Shown here piece after piece: positions 34,147 through 48,830 of a stretch of 64,000 nucleotides of DNA (the stretch's first letter is position 1; each line of letters begins with the position of its first letter). The stretch lies in the NCBI GenBank assembly GCA_964016885.1, contig CAXHJY010000254.1:1-64000 (forward strand). The letters are read 5' to 3'. A program made the translations under genes and the position numbers. This DNA comes from Eledone cirrhosa (Eukaryota). The notes under the pieces were generated by a model, which was not told where the DNA came from, did no database searches, and saw only the letters and a program-made list of their open reading frames with translations.

Positions 34147-35825
34147 ACGTTTGGCGCCCCTGATGTCTTGGCGGCAATAAAGGAAATCAAGCATAATTCA
34201 GCAGTAGGTCCCGATAGGTTCCCTGCTTGTGTCTTGAAGGCGTGTCAACACCAACTTGCATCTCCTCTTGCCAATCTGTGGCGGAACTCACTGGATGCTG
34301 GATATGTGCCAGAAAACCTTCTATCCCAGTCTGTTGTCCCAGTTTTCAAAAAGGGAAACAAATCCCTTGCCGTGAATTACCGTCCAATCTCACTCACCTC
34401 TCATATCATTAAGGTATTTGAGAGAGTGGTGAGATCGCGAATGACCCACTTCCTTGAGAGTAACAATATGCTGAACTCCAACCAGCATGGATTCCGTAAT
34501 GGAAGGGATTGCCTGACGCAGCTACTGCATCACTTTGATGACATTTTGAGAGCCTTGGGAGAGGGTTCCAACACTGATGTTATCTACCTTGATTTCAGAA
34601 AGGCCTTTGACAGGGTTGATCATAACATTCTACTGAGAAAGCTGTCCAATATTGGTGTCACCGGAAAGCTGCTGCAGTGGATCAAGAGCTTCCTGTCAAA
34701 CAGAACCCAACATGTTGTAGTTGAGGGAGTCAAATCAAGCCCAGCCAAAGTCAGTAGTGGGGTCCCACAAGGCACTGTGTTGAGCCCACTTCTCTTCATC
34801 ATCTATATTAATGACATCACTGACATCATCAAACACAGCAACATTAAAATTTTCGCTGATGATTCCAAGCTCCAAAAGGTCATCAATGGCGTGGATGACC
34901 GGATAAGCCTTCAGTCAGACCTACTGGCTGTTACCCAATGGGCAGAAAAGAACAACATGTTACTGAACGAAGACAAATTCGAACTGATCCACTTTGGAAA
35001 AGAGGATGCTCTGAAACTCCCGTACTCCCTTCCCTCCGGGGAAACTCTCGTGGCATCTAACAACATCAGAGACTTGGGAGTAACCGTGGACAGCAACATA
35101 AGCTGGACCACGCATATAAGCAGCAAAGTTGACATGGCCCGCAGAATGTGTTCCTGGATCCTCAGAACATTCCAGTCGAGAGATTCCCGCACCATTATCC
35201 TTCTCTTCTCTACTTTTGCCCGACCACACCTTGAATACTGTTGTCCACTGTGGTCTCCCCACACGAAACAAAGTATCATGAAACTTGAAGCTCCTCAAAG
35301 GGCAATCACGAAAAAGATAGATGGCATGTCAGACCTTGACTACTGGGGTCGATTAGAAAACCTGAAACTTTACTCACTCCAACGTCGCCGTGAGCGTAAT
35401 ATTATCTGCATGATGTGGAAAATGTTCCATCATCACTGCCCAAATGATGTTGGCATCGCCTTCAAGATACACCCAAGGCTTGGGCCCCGTGCTATCCGTT
35501 CCATTCAAAAATCTAAATCGCAACTCATAACAACAATACGGCACAATTATTTCACCTCAATCGGCCCTGCTCTCTTCAACATCACACCAGGACACGTCAA
35601 AACAGAAACTGACCACACAAAATTCAAGAAGTCTTTGGACAAATTCCTCCAAGTAATCCCGGACAAACCACCCACACCCGGATATGTCTCCGCAAACAGT
35701 AATTCTCTTCTCGAATGGGCCATGGTGCCCAAATCCTGAATTGAAAGACTTCGCCAGGTGGTGCTATTAAGTTAGACATGGCCTGGGCCAATACTGGCCA
35801 AAACATTTCAATGTTATTCAAAGTT
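34147..35825 (+). mobile_element. 5'-truncated CR1/L2/jockey-group LINE with open RT frame to 35739
   Basis: GPD, NYRPISLT, QHGFR, YLDFRKAFDRV, GVPQGTVLSPLLF, FADD, RPHLEYCCPLWSP, SLQRRR. Confidence 0.92.
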
Positions 35826-36270
35826 ATATAGGTATATATAGGTATATATATATATATATAGGTATATATAGGTATATATAGGTATATATATATATATATA
35901 GGTATATATATATATATAGGTATATATATATATATATATAGGTATATATATATAAATATATAGGTATATATATGTATATAGGTATATATATATATATATA
36001 GGTATATATATATATATATATAGGTATATATATATATAGGTATATATATATATATATATATAGGTATATATATATATATATAGGTATATATATATATAGG
36101 TATATATATATGTATATATATATATATATATATAGGTATATATATATATATATATAGATATAGATATATATATATAGATATATATATAGGTATATATATA
36201 TAGGTATATATATATATAGGTATATATATATATATATATATAAGTATATATATATATATATATATATAGG

Positions 36271-36314
<44 letters not shown>

Positions 36315-36423
36315 GGTATATATATATATATATAGGTATATATATATATATAGGTATATATATATATATAGGTATATATATATATATATATAGGTATATA
36401 TATAGGTATATATATATATATAT

Positions 36424-36458
<35 letters not shown>

Positions 36459-36690
36459 TATATATATATATATAGGTATATATATATATATATATATAGG
36501 TATATATATATATATATATAGGTATATATATATATATATATAGGTATATATATATATATATATAGGTATATATATATATATATATAGGTATATATATATA
36601 TATATATATAGGTATATATACATATATAGGTATATATATATATATAGGTATATATATATATATATAGGTATATATATATATATATATAGG

Positions 36691-36722
<32 letters not shown>

Positions 36723-36773
36723 GGTATATATATAGGTATATATATATATATATATAGGTATATGTATATATAT

Positions 36774-36816
<43 letters not shown>

Positions 36817-36877
36817 GGTATATATATATATATATAGGTATATGTATATATATAGGTATATATATATGTATATATAT

Positions 36878-36918
<41 letters not shown>

Positions 36919-36937
36919 TATATATATATATATATAT

Positions 36938-36968
<31 letters not shown>

Positions 36969-37045
36969 GGTATATATATATATATATATATAGGTATATA
37001 TATATATATATATATATAGGTATATATATATATATATATATATAT

Positions 37046-37091
<46 letters not shown>
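35826..37091. repeat. (TA)n/GG microsatellite
   Basis: Directly visible. Confidence 0.98.
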
Positions 37092-37096
<5 letters not shown>

Positions 37097-37320
37097 AACC
37101 AGTAAGACCCCGACAGCTGAGCTCAAGCCGTTTCGACGGCTAATTCTGGACTAAATGAACATTTAGGATAAATGTTCATTTAGTCCAGAATTAGCCGTCG
37201 AAACGGCTTGAGCTCAGCTGTCGGGGTCTTACTGGTTCCTATTACCCACTCTACTACCTCAAGTATTGAGTACTTTGGTGCGTTATGGTCCACCTGGTTC
37301 CTTACCACATTTCCTTCGTT
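37092..37320. repeat. Perfect palindrome (74-bp arms 37092-37165 / 37169-37242, loop GGA) made of inverted pLTR-like fragments
   Basis: Arms are exact reverse complements; the right arm continues as the sequence also seen at 28882-29015. Confidence 0.92.
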
Positions 37321-37336
37321 ATATATATATATATAT

Positions 37337-37377
<41 letters not shown>

Positions 37378-37426
37378 TATATAGATATATATATAGGTAT
37401 ATATATATATATATAGATATATATAT

Positions 37427-37467
<41 letters not shown>

Positions 37468-37838
37468 TATATATATATATATATATATATATAGGTATAT
37501 ATATATATATATATATATATAGGTGTATATATATATATAGGTGTATATATATATATATATATATAGGTATATATATATATAGGTATATATATATATATAT
37601 ATAGGTATATATATAATATATATAGGTATATATATATATAGGTATATATATATATATATATAGGTATATATATATATAGGTATATATATATATATATATA
37701 GGTATATATATATATAGGTATATATATATATATATATAGGTGTATATATATATATATATATAGGTATATATATATATATATATAGGTATATATGATATTA
37801 AATAAATGGAAACTATATTTATAAAACCATATTTATTT

Positions 37839-37894
37839 CATTATATATATTTCAGGGATAACATATTAACAATATGTTATGCCTTCATCAGTTG
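37839..37894 (-). ncRNA. Hammerhead motif with weak or truncated stem I in a 130-bp island
   Basis: CAA-CTGATGA-AGG-c-ATAACATATT-gtt-AATATGTTAT-c-CCT-GAAA-TATATA-TA-ATG. Confidence 0.7.
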
Positions 37895-37922
37895 TTAACC
37901 CAACAATTTAAATATAACTTTC

Positions 37923-39086
<1,164 letters not shown>

Positions 39087-39109
39087 ATGTATAATAAACA
39101 ATACAATAT

Positions 39110-39189
39110 AATTACCTCATTACCAGAGGTTTCCCGAATAAGACTAATACGAAAAAAACGTCCTCATTCGTTCGTCGGACAAGGCAATT
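39110..39189 (-). ncRNA. Hammerhead motif with CCGACGA (U4C) core in a 150-bp island
   Basis: AATTGCCTTGT-CCGACGA-A-CGAATGAGG..TCTTATTCG-G-GAAA-CC-TCT-GG-TA-ATGAGGTAATT; 11-bp stem I including G-U pairs, about 9-bp stem II, GUA site. Confidence 0.75.
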
Positions 39190-39290
39190 TAAAACATAGT
39201 GAAATATTTGGAAAGTCTCCAAAAGAAATGCAAAAAAAAATATATATATATAAATAAAAGTAATATAAATTATATATATATATATATATA

Positions 39291-39626
39291 TCATTTTATT
39301 TTACGGCCGCTTTTTCCTTGCTTACAAGGGTGGGACAGGAACTGTTTCTGGTTTTATTTCTACAGTTGGATGCCCTTCTTAACACCAACCTCATTTACAG
39401 TGAGTGCTGGGTGCTTTTTTGCCGCGGCACCTCCACGACCACTTTGCAGTCCCTATCATCTTATTTCTACAGCTGAGTAAACTGGAGCAATGTGAAATAA
39501 AGTGTCTTGCTCAAGGAAACAACACATCACCCGGTCTGAGAATTGAACTAACAACCTTTCGATTGGAAACCCAATGCTCTAACCACTAAGCCATGTGCCT
39601 CCATTGCTCTAACCACTAAGCCCATG
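39291..39626 (-). mobile_element. tRNA-head/CORE-like SINE with RTE tail and duplicated 5' head
   Basis: A box TGGCTTAGTGG, B-box-like GTTCAATTC, CCTTGAGCAAGACACTT core, RTE-shared tail. Confidence 0.85.
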
Positions 39627-39958
39627 TATATATACATATATGTGTATATGTACATGTATATATATGTATATATGTACATGTATATATATATGTATATATG
39701 TACATGTATATATATATGTATATATGTACATGTATATATATATGTATATATGTACATGTATATATATATGTATATATGTATATGTATATATATATATGTA
39801 TATATATATATATGTATATGTATATATATATATGTATATATATATATATGTATATGTATATATATATGTGTATATATATATATGTATATATATATGTGTA
39901 TATATATATATGTATATATATATGTGTATATATATATATGTACATATATATATATGTG

Positions 39959-39989
<31 letters not shown>

Positions 39990-40044
39990 GTGTATATATA
40001 TATATATGTATATATATATATGTATGTATATATATATATGTATA

Positions 40045-40941
40045 TACGAGGTGTGTCAGAAAAGTTCCAAGACTGATGTCACAAAAGATTTTTTTCAAAC
40101 CCAAACTTCACACTAAGAGTTTTCTCCTTCAAAGTAATCCCCTGGAGTCTAGTGCATTTTTCCATCCTTTTCTGCCATGCTTGCATGCACTCCTGGAAGG
40201 ATTCTTCCGGGATCCTCCGCAGTTCCGTCGTCACTGCCCCTTTGATGTCGCCCATGTCTTCAAAAAGGGTCCCCTCTGGGTCGTACTCGAAGATCCATGA
40301 TTCATTACCAGTGATGACTGTCCCTAGCAAGTCTGGTTCGGTTTCAAGACGCTTGAGGATGTCCTGACACACTTGCATATGTCGACCCTTCTGGTCATCG
40401 TTCAGCAGTTTTGGCACCATCTTCGCGCAGACTTTCCGCATGTCCAAATCTTCAGTGAGAATCTTCCAGACGCTGTCCCAATTCATGCCCAGCTCATTTG
40501 CCATCAGTCGAACAGTCAGCCGACGATCGCTACGCACCATCTGCCTGACGCGCTCAACGTTGACTTCAGTCCTGGTTGTTGAGAGCCTTCCACTCCTGGG
40601 GTCATCTTCCACGTCCTCGCGTCCTTCTTTAAACCTCTTGCACCACTCAAAAACACGTGAGCGTGACATCGTCTCATCTCCATACACTTGCTGCAGCAAT
40701 CCCAGTGCTTCTGACGTAGTTTTCAAGTTGGTTCGTTGCTCTGTGCTCATTGCTTGACGACCTGAAACAGAGGATACGTATATAAAATTATGAAGAAAAA
40801 AGTTTGATCGCTGCAGAGAGCTAAGATTACAGTTACATGCTCCAGGGGATTACTTTGAAGGAGAAACTCTTAGTGTGAAGTTTGGGTTTGAAATAAAACT
40901 TTTGTGACATCAGTCCTGGAACTTTTCTGACACACCTCGTA
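40045..40941 (-). mobile_element. Internally deleted mariner with about 100-bp TIRs
   Basis: TACGAGGTGTGTCAGAAAAGTTCC.. at both ends in TA context; ORF 40079-40750 has HTH (MSRSRVFEWCKRFKEGRE..PRSGR), MVPKLL and [14 protein letters not shown] fused to the C-terminus; most of the DD34D domain is deleted. Confidence 0.93.
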
Positions 40942-40959
40942 TATATACGTATATACATG

Positions 40960-41006
<47 letters not shown>

Positions 41007-41030
41007 ATACATGTATATATATATATATGT

Positions 41031-41308
41031 ATCATCATCATCTTCGTTTAAAACGTCCATTTTCCATGCTAGCATAGGTTAGACGGGAGTTGTCCCACTT
41101 GAGGCAAGGTTGGTCGGGTGACCATGTCTCGCTCATATAGGACTATCTGGCAAGTTTTCTACGGCTGGATGCCCTTCCTAACACCAACCACATTTACAGT
41201 GTGGAACTGGGAATTTTTTACCGGGTTACCTACACGCCCACATTACAGCGTGGACTGTGTGTTTTTTCTCGTCACCTACACGATCTCGATCTTATTTATT
41301 TGGACTGG

Positions 41309-41309
<1 letters not shown>
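41031..41309 (-). mobile_element. RTE LINE 3' UTR fragment
   Basis: Reverse complement of the RTE tail at about 28330-28607. Confidence 0.85.
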
Positions 41310-41382
<73 letters not shown>

Positions 41383-41440
41383 ATATATATATATATATAT
41401 AAAAGAAATAGGATTTCGCTTCATGTTTATATATATATAT

Positions 41441-42539
41441 ATAGTAATAATAATAAATTTGAAGACTAAAATCCAAAGAGGGCTCGATAAGGATAAATAT
41501 ATATCAAATATATAAGAACCGTAGAGCAAATATTTATTAAAATAACAGATTAAAGTTTAAGCAAAGAATCGCTGCTTTCACCCTTAACGGGATCTTCTGA
41601 AACGAACAAAGTCAATCTGTAAACGCAGAAGTGGATATTTCAAAAAACGTTGCAACCGGAAGAAGACAGGAAGACGATACTTTGGTTCGTGGAAACGTTC
41701 CCTGGCAAAGAACGGGAAAAAACGAATAATACGTCATGAATAGGAGCGGTGAAAAACAATTACACGCAAAGACAGAACCACGTTTATGGTATAAAAGAAG
41801 TCGTAGACTAATGTTCTCTTAGGTGGTTCATAGAGACGTTCTCTGGCAATGAACGGAAAAAACGAAGATAATACGTCATATGTAGAGCGTGGAGAACAAT
41901 TGCACGCAAAGACAAAACCACGTAAATGGTATAGCTGAAGTCGAAGACTAAATTCTAACTAGGAAACCGAATGAATCTCCGCTTCAGAGTTAAGAATAAA
42001 GTAAATAAATACAATACAGAGGTAATAGAAATTAAATAAATGCATACACGCATGCAAATACGTACATACAAAAGCATACTCAAAACACTTGCCATAGGTA
42101 TACAAAACCACGCACATATAAATATATGTGTGTGTGTGCGCGTGTATACAAATAAATAAATAATTAAATAAACATATAAATAAATAAATACGTATATAAC
42201 AAGCGCACACACATACCTACATGTAAATACACAAATGTTCGGAGACGTAAGTCAACCAATACATGAAGTACACATATACACACACCCTACATACGTACGG
42301 ACCTGCATACTCACACAGACGCAAAACTCTCGTATACACATAACCAAACAATATGTACCAGAATATATAAAAAATTCATACGCCATAACATAATCAATCA
42401 AATATACGTATGAGAAAGCATACGTACCTTCACAAAACATACAGGTGCGTTTACAGATTGACTTTGTTAGTTTCAGAAGATCCCGTTAAGGGTGAAAGCA
42501 GCGATTCTTTGCTTAAACTTTCATCTGTTATTTTAATAA

Positions 42540-42541
<2 letters not shown>
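41441..42541 (-). mobile_element. PLE family C non-coding 3' segment (41441-42445, -) plus an inverted pLTR piece (42447-42541, +)
   Basis: Similar to 29359-30390; 42447-42541 mirrors about 41532-41626. Confidence 0.9.
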
Positions 42542-42599
<58 letters not shown>

Positions 42600-42825
42600 T
42601 AGTAAATACAATTCCAAAAAAATGTTTTTCTATATATTAAGAACCTTTTAAGAGTAACTTATTCACTATTTCGAAAATTTGGAGGTGAACAACAATTATT
42701 ATTGAATGGCTACTATTTGCAGTATACCAATATAAGGTTGCTGTTACCAATGAAACGGTTGTAAATACCTGGATAAAATCCTTTTTTAATGCTTACCTCT
42801 GTTTTCTCTTTTATCCTTTATAATA

Positions 42826-44263
42826 TCAGGGCTCCGTTCTTAGCCCCCTACTATTTATTATTGCCCTTCAGGCTATAACAGTGGAGTTCAAGACCGGCTG
42901 CCCATGGGAACTTCTATATGCAGATGATCTAACGCTCATAGCTGAATCAATGGCCGAACTAGAGAAGAAATTCCAAACATGGAAGCATGGCCTAGAATCA
43001 AAAGGCCTTAAATTAACCTGTCTAAGACTAAAGTTCTAGTTTGTAGGAAGGAAAATAGGGCACCGGTCCCATCCGGGAAATGGCCATGCTCAGTGTGTAG
43101 GAAAGGAGTAGGTAGAAACTCCATTTTATGTCCCAAATGCAAAGTATGGGTGCATAAAAGATGTAGTGGGATCACAGGTAAGCTAACTAAGAACATAGAT
43201 TTTATATGTGGCCGGTGCTCTGGTGCAATAAGTAGCAGCAAGTGCCCACAGAATACTAGCTCATTCGATTGCACAAATGGTTCTATAGAAATAGTGGACA
43301 GCTTCCGTTACCTGGGTGACAAAATCAGCAGTGGTGGAGGGTGCTCTGAAAGTACAGTAGCTAGAGTCAGAACTGGATGGAAAAAGTTCAGAGAGCTTAT
43401 ACCACTATTAGCTGCTAAAGGGTTCTCTCTAAAAATGAAAGGCAGGCTGTATGATGCCTGCATACGAACAGCAATGTTACATGGCAGTGAGACCTGGGCA
43501 TTGTGTGCAGAGGATATACACAGACTGGAGAGGAACGAAGCTTGCATGCTCCGCTGGATGTGTAATAGTAATATACGGGAACGGCAAAGCATAAACGAAC
43601 TAAGGGAAAAATTAGAAATAAGAGGGATCAGATGTTGTTTACTCGAGAGAAGACTACGTTGGTATGGTCACGTGATGCGCATGAAAGACGACAGCTGTAT
43701 AAAACAGTGCAGGGCAATAAAAATAGACGGTAACCACGGAGTAGGCAGACCCATAAAAACCTGGGACAACTTGATAAATTCCGACCTCACACACTTACAC
43801 CTCTCCAAGACAATGTCACTGGACCGAGATCTTTGGCGCTACACAGTAATACAGAAGACCCGCCTTACCTAAGTACAAAGTGAAACCTACTACAGTCAGT
43901 AGGTACCTCTAACAAAATACACCCCCGTCCCACTACCACCACTCCATCCACACCACCCCTTTCAATGTAAAGTTATGTTGGTACTACAACATCCAGTCCG
44001 AAACAAATGAGGTCGTGTAGGTGTCGCGACAAAAAAAACACCCAGTCCACGCTGTAATGTGGCCGTGTAGGTAACACGGTAAAAACCTCCCAGTCCACAC
44101 TGTAAACGTGGTTGGTATTAGGAAGGGCATCCAGCCGTAGAAAACTCACCAGACAGTCCTATGCGAGCAAGACAACCACTCTTGCCTCAAGTGGGAAAAC
44201 TCCCGTCCAAACCCATGCAAGCGTGGAAGATGGACGTTAAACGATGATGATGATGATGATGAT
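42826..44263 (+). mobile_element. 5'-truncated RTE LINE
   Basis: Begins at QGSVLSPLLF; ORF 43093-43872; (GAT)n tail. Confidence 0.93.
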
Positions 44264-44419
44264 GTCTACAAGATTGAACGTGATTCTTACAAACTTGTGG
44301 AGTTACCCCTAACCGTATGTTGAAACCGTCCATGAAACTGGCTTTCTTAACCACGAACTGGATTACAATAAGCAATTTTCTGCCTCCATAACTATATATG
44401 TATGTAAAAGGTAAACAGA

Positions 44420-46551
44420 AATAACAACACAATCGGTACAGTATATGGAAGGTATATATTAGGTTAACGCTTGATATAGCAGGAAGAGGGTCTTACCGTT
44501 TCGGACACTAGTCCTTCATCAGAAGAAAGAATGAAAAATAAAATAGATTAAGGGGACAGGCAGGATGGAATTGGAAAAAATGTCTTTAGATAAAAATAAT
44601 AGGTCCATTCATGTTGACATCTCTTGCAAAACTGTTGGTGCTGGCGTTTTGTGTATGATTTGTTTTTTAGAAAAGTGGATGATGGCAGGCGTCTACCTGA
44701 AATGGAAAAAAAACCGTTTTGTAAAAAGAGCTATACTTGAGCACGTGCGTAAGCATGAGTTTGTGTGTGTGTGTGTGTTATAGGTCCGTCCGAAGCTAAG
44801 AAGAAATATGTATGTATATGTGAGTAAAAGAGTGTGTGTGCATGTAAGTACGAAGCTATGAGCAAAGAGAAAGCGATAGGTATCTAGGGGTGTGATAATG
44901 GACGGGGTATTAGAGAAATATGGGAGGTGAGTTGAGTCCAAGAGGGGAATAGGATCCAAGACGGTGAATCAGACTTTGTTCAGTCCTGGTGCGCGAGGCC
45001 TGTAATCCATGATGTAAAAGGACACCCAGGGCTGAAACGTAGGGAGGAGTCGTGGGAGAGGACGAAAAAGAACTGCAAACCAGGAGGTCGTGGAGATTTC
45101 GGGCGCGCTTAAAAGCAGTAATGGGTGGGTTTGGAAGAAAGTGAGAAGTGACGGGGTCAGAAGAGAGGATACGGAAGGAATGGAGGATATGTCGCCAGAG
45201 TGATGGGGTGGTAGGTGAGAGGACTGTGGTGCGGTCTGTTTCACGGGCGCGGGTGAGAGCAGCTTGGATCAAGGTGGGGGGATATCCACGCTGGATGAAG
45301 CAGGAAGCCATGCAAAGGGAATGGGTTTCGAAATTGTCGTCCTGGCTACAGAGTCGACGAAGACGGAGGAATTGGGAATAGGCTATGGAGTGTTTGGTGT
45401 GGGTTGGATGGGAGGAGGTGAAGTCGAGATAAGATCAGGAGTCTGTTGGTTTAATGTAGATGGAAGTAGAGAGGGTGTGGTGAGAGTGATTAATAGATAG
45501 AGAGATATCTAGAAAAGCGACAGAAGAATCGGAAACAGAGGCGGTGAAATTGAGAACAGGATGGAAAGATTGGACAAAAGAAAGAAAACGGTCGAGCTGT
45601 TCTCGTGATAGAGAGGTGGCGCCGATACAGTCGTCGATATAACGACTGTATAGCTCAGCAGTCGGTCCAGCGTACTGGGAGAAGATCTGGGCTTCGATGT
45701 AGCCAACAAACAAGTTGGCATAGTTTGGACCGATTCTGGTTCCCATCGCTACCCCAGAGACCTGCTGGTAAAATTCACCCGAAAAAGTAAATCCATTAAG
45801 GGTGAGAACAAGCTCAGCCAGACGGAGAAGAGTGGTAGTGCTGGTGTAAGGAGTAGGGCGTAAATCTAAAAAATGCTGGAGAGCGCGGAGGCCGTCATGA
45901 GGGATGACGGTATAGAGAGAAGTGATGTCCAGGGTAAAGAGAATGCAGGAGGGAAGGAGAAAGAGTTGAAAAGTCTAAGGGCATGATTTGTATCGTGGTT
46001 GTGGGAGGTGAGATTGCCGACCAACGGGGCGAGGACGGTGTCTAAATATTCAGAAATTATCTCAGTGAGGCAGTTGCACACAGAAACGATAGGACAGCCA
46101 GGATTATTTTGTTTGTGTATTTTGGGGAGGAAGTAGATGGTGAGTGTGCGAGGGGTGCGTACAATAAGGTTGGTGGTTTAGGAGATGAGGAGATGAGCTC
46201 GTGGATGGTGGAGGCACGAGTTGTTGGTAGCCAGGAGTGGGATCGGAGGATAAAGGGTGGTAAAAACGGGTATTGTGAAGCTGGCAGAGAGCCTCAGCCC
46301 TATAGAGGTCAGCGCTCCAAACCACCACAGCGCCACCTTTGTCAGCGGGTTTGATGACAATGTCATCATGACACCAAAGGTTGCAAAGAGCGGAGAGCTC
46401 AGTTCGCGTGATGTTAGAGCGACGAGAATGCTGGTGGAAACGGAACCGATTCACAGTACGGCGACAAGTATTGACAAAGGAGTCGAGGGTGCTGAACTGG
46501 CCAGAGCTCAGCGTCCAATGTGATTGCCGGCGACTGAGACGAGTGAAGTCA
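44420..46551 (-). mobile_element. Decayed Neptune/Poseidon-type Penelope-like element
   Basis: Fragments IVIKPADKGGAVVVW, PGCPIVSVC..EIISEYLD, MGTRIGPNYANLFVG..YSRYIDD..FLDI, RGYP, AFKRARNL.DLLV and EQSLIHRLGS..PLGLN; many frameshifts; left boundary approximate. Confidence 0.88.
44491..44526 (-). ncRNA. Minimal hammerhead in the Neptune-like pLTR
   Basis: TCTT-CTGATGA-A-GGAC-TAGT-GTCC-GAAA-CGG-TA-AGA; stem I is short. Confidence 0.75.
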
Positions 46552-46619
<68 letters not shown>

Positions 46620-46639
46620 CACATATACATACATATCCA

Positions 46640-46861
46640 CATCATCATCATCGTTTAACATCTATCTTTCACACTAGCATGGGTTTAGACGGGAATTGTC
46701 CCACTTGAGGCAAGATTAGTCGTCTCACTCGTATAGTACTGTCTGGCAGGTTTTCTATGGTTGGATGCCCTTCCTAACACCAACCATGTTTACAGTGTGG
46801 ACTGGGAGGTTTTTACCGTGTTACCTACACAGCCACATTACAGCGTGGACTGTGTGTTTTT
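46640..46861 (-). mobile_element. RTE 3' UTR fragment
   Basis: Reverse complement of the RTE tail. Confidence 0.85.
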
Positions 46862-46920
46862 ACATATACATACATATACACATATACATACATATACACA
46901 TATACATACATATATATACA

Positions 46921-48796
46921 TAGCATCTGGTGGGACATACTGTGATCACCTGGATAGTAAACCAAGTAATACAGAATGTGGTCATACCAAATGACTGGCG
47001 TAGCAGCATCATCATTAACTGCAACAAGGGTAAAGGACATACTCTAAAAAGAGGAAACTATAGAGGCATTAAGTTAGTTGACCAGGTCATGAAGGTCACT
47101 GAAAGAGTTATTGCACAACTAATCAGAGAGCAGTTTGGGTTTGTGCCAGGTAAAAGTACCATGGATGCTCTTTTCCTTGTACGGCAACTACAGGAGAAGT
47201 ACATAGCTAAAAGTAAACCTCTCTACTTAGCTTTTGTTGACAGTCTCCTGCTCTATTATCTGGTGGGCCCTTAGAAAACTAGGAGTAGATGAATGGCTTG
47301 TGAGAGCTATACAAGCCATGTATAGAGGAACAGTCAGCAAGGTTAGAATTAACAATGAATATAGTGAAGAATTTAGTGTAAAAGTAGGTTCTTAGCCCCC
47401 TCTTGTTTATTATTGTCCTACAGGCTATAACAAGAGTTTAAGACTGGCTGCCCATGCGAACTTCTATATGCAGATGATCTAACTCTCATAGCTGAATCTA
47501 TGGCTGAACTAGAGAAGAAATTGCAAACATGGAAGCATGGCCTAAAATCAAAAGGCCTTAACTTGTCTAAGACTAAAGTTTTAGTATGTAGAAAGGAAAA
47601 TAGGGCACAGGTGCCCTCTGGGAAATGGCCATGCTCAGTGTGTAAGAAAGGAGTAGGCAGAAACTCTATTCTATGCCCCAAATGCAAACTATGGGTACAT
47701 AAAAGATGTAGTGGGATCACAGATAATCTATCTAAGAATGTAGATTTTATATGTGGCCAATGCTCAGGTGCAGCAAGTAGCAAGGACCCACTGGATGATA
47801 TCTCCTTCAACTGCCCAGATGGTTCTATAGAAATAGTAGACACCTTCCGTTATTTTAGTGACAAAATCAGCAGTGGAGGGGGGTGCTCTGAAAGTGTAGT
47901 AGCCAGAGTTAGAATGGGATGGAAAAGGTTCAGAGAGCTAATATCGCTGTTGGCCACAAGAGTTTTTTTTTCTAAAAATGAAAGGCAGATTGCATGATGC
48001 ATGCATACGAACGGCGATATTACATGGTAGTGAGACTTGGGCATTGTGTGCTGAAGACCTGCATAGATTAGAAAGAAATGAAGGTTGCATGCTCCGATGG
48101 ATGTGTAATAGTAATGTACGCGAAAGGTGAAGCATAAACGAACTAAGAGGGAGACTAAGCATAAGAGGTATCAAATATTGTGTTCTGGAGAGGAGGTTGC
48201 GTTGGTATGGACATGTGATGCATATGAAGGACGACAGCTGGATAAAAAAGTGCAGGGCAATGAAAATTGATGGAAGCTACGGAGTAGGTAGACCCAGAAA
48301 AACCAGGGACGACATGATAAAATCCGACCTTGCACACTTATACTTCTCTAAGACAATGTCACTGGATCGAGATCTTTGGTGCAATGCAGTAATACAGAAG
48401 ACCCGTCTTAACTATGTGGAAAGTTAACCTATAATCAGTAGGCTCCTCCTAACCAAATATACACCCCGTCCCACTATCCCTACTCCACCTCCCACCAACA
48501 CCACCCTTTCTCTGTAAAGTTATGTTGGTGCCACAAAGAGGTCGTGTAGGTGTCATGACATAAAAACACACAGTCCACGCTGTAATGTAGTCGTGTAGGA
48601 AACACGGTAAAAAGGCTCCCAGTTCACACTGTAAATGTGGTTGGTGTTAGGATGGGCATCCAACCATAGAAAACCTGCCAGATACATTTCTATACGAGTG
48701 AAACACGGTCAACTGATCAATCTTGCCTCAAGTGGGACTATTCCTGTCTAACCCATGCTAGTGTGGAAGATAGACGTTAAACGATGATGATGATGA

Positions 48797-48797
<1 letters not shown>
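46921..48797 (+). mobile_element. Older, frameshifted 5'-truncated RTE LINE
   Basis: ORF pieces 46930-47274, 47500-47997 and 48197-48427 homologous to 26583-28256; (GAT)n tail. Confidence 0.92.

Positions 48798-48829
<32 letters not shown>

Positions 48830-48830
<1 letters not shown>

Noticed and set aside
44285-44320. KLVELPLTV as a candidate FBXO28 F-box exon
   Set aside because: Followed by a stop after one more codon and no continuation of the F-box pattern.
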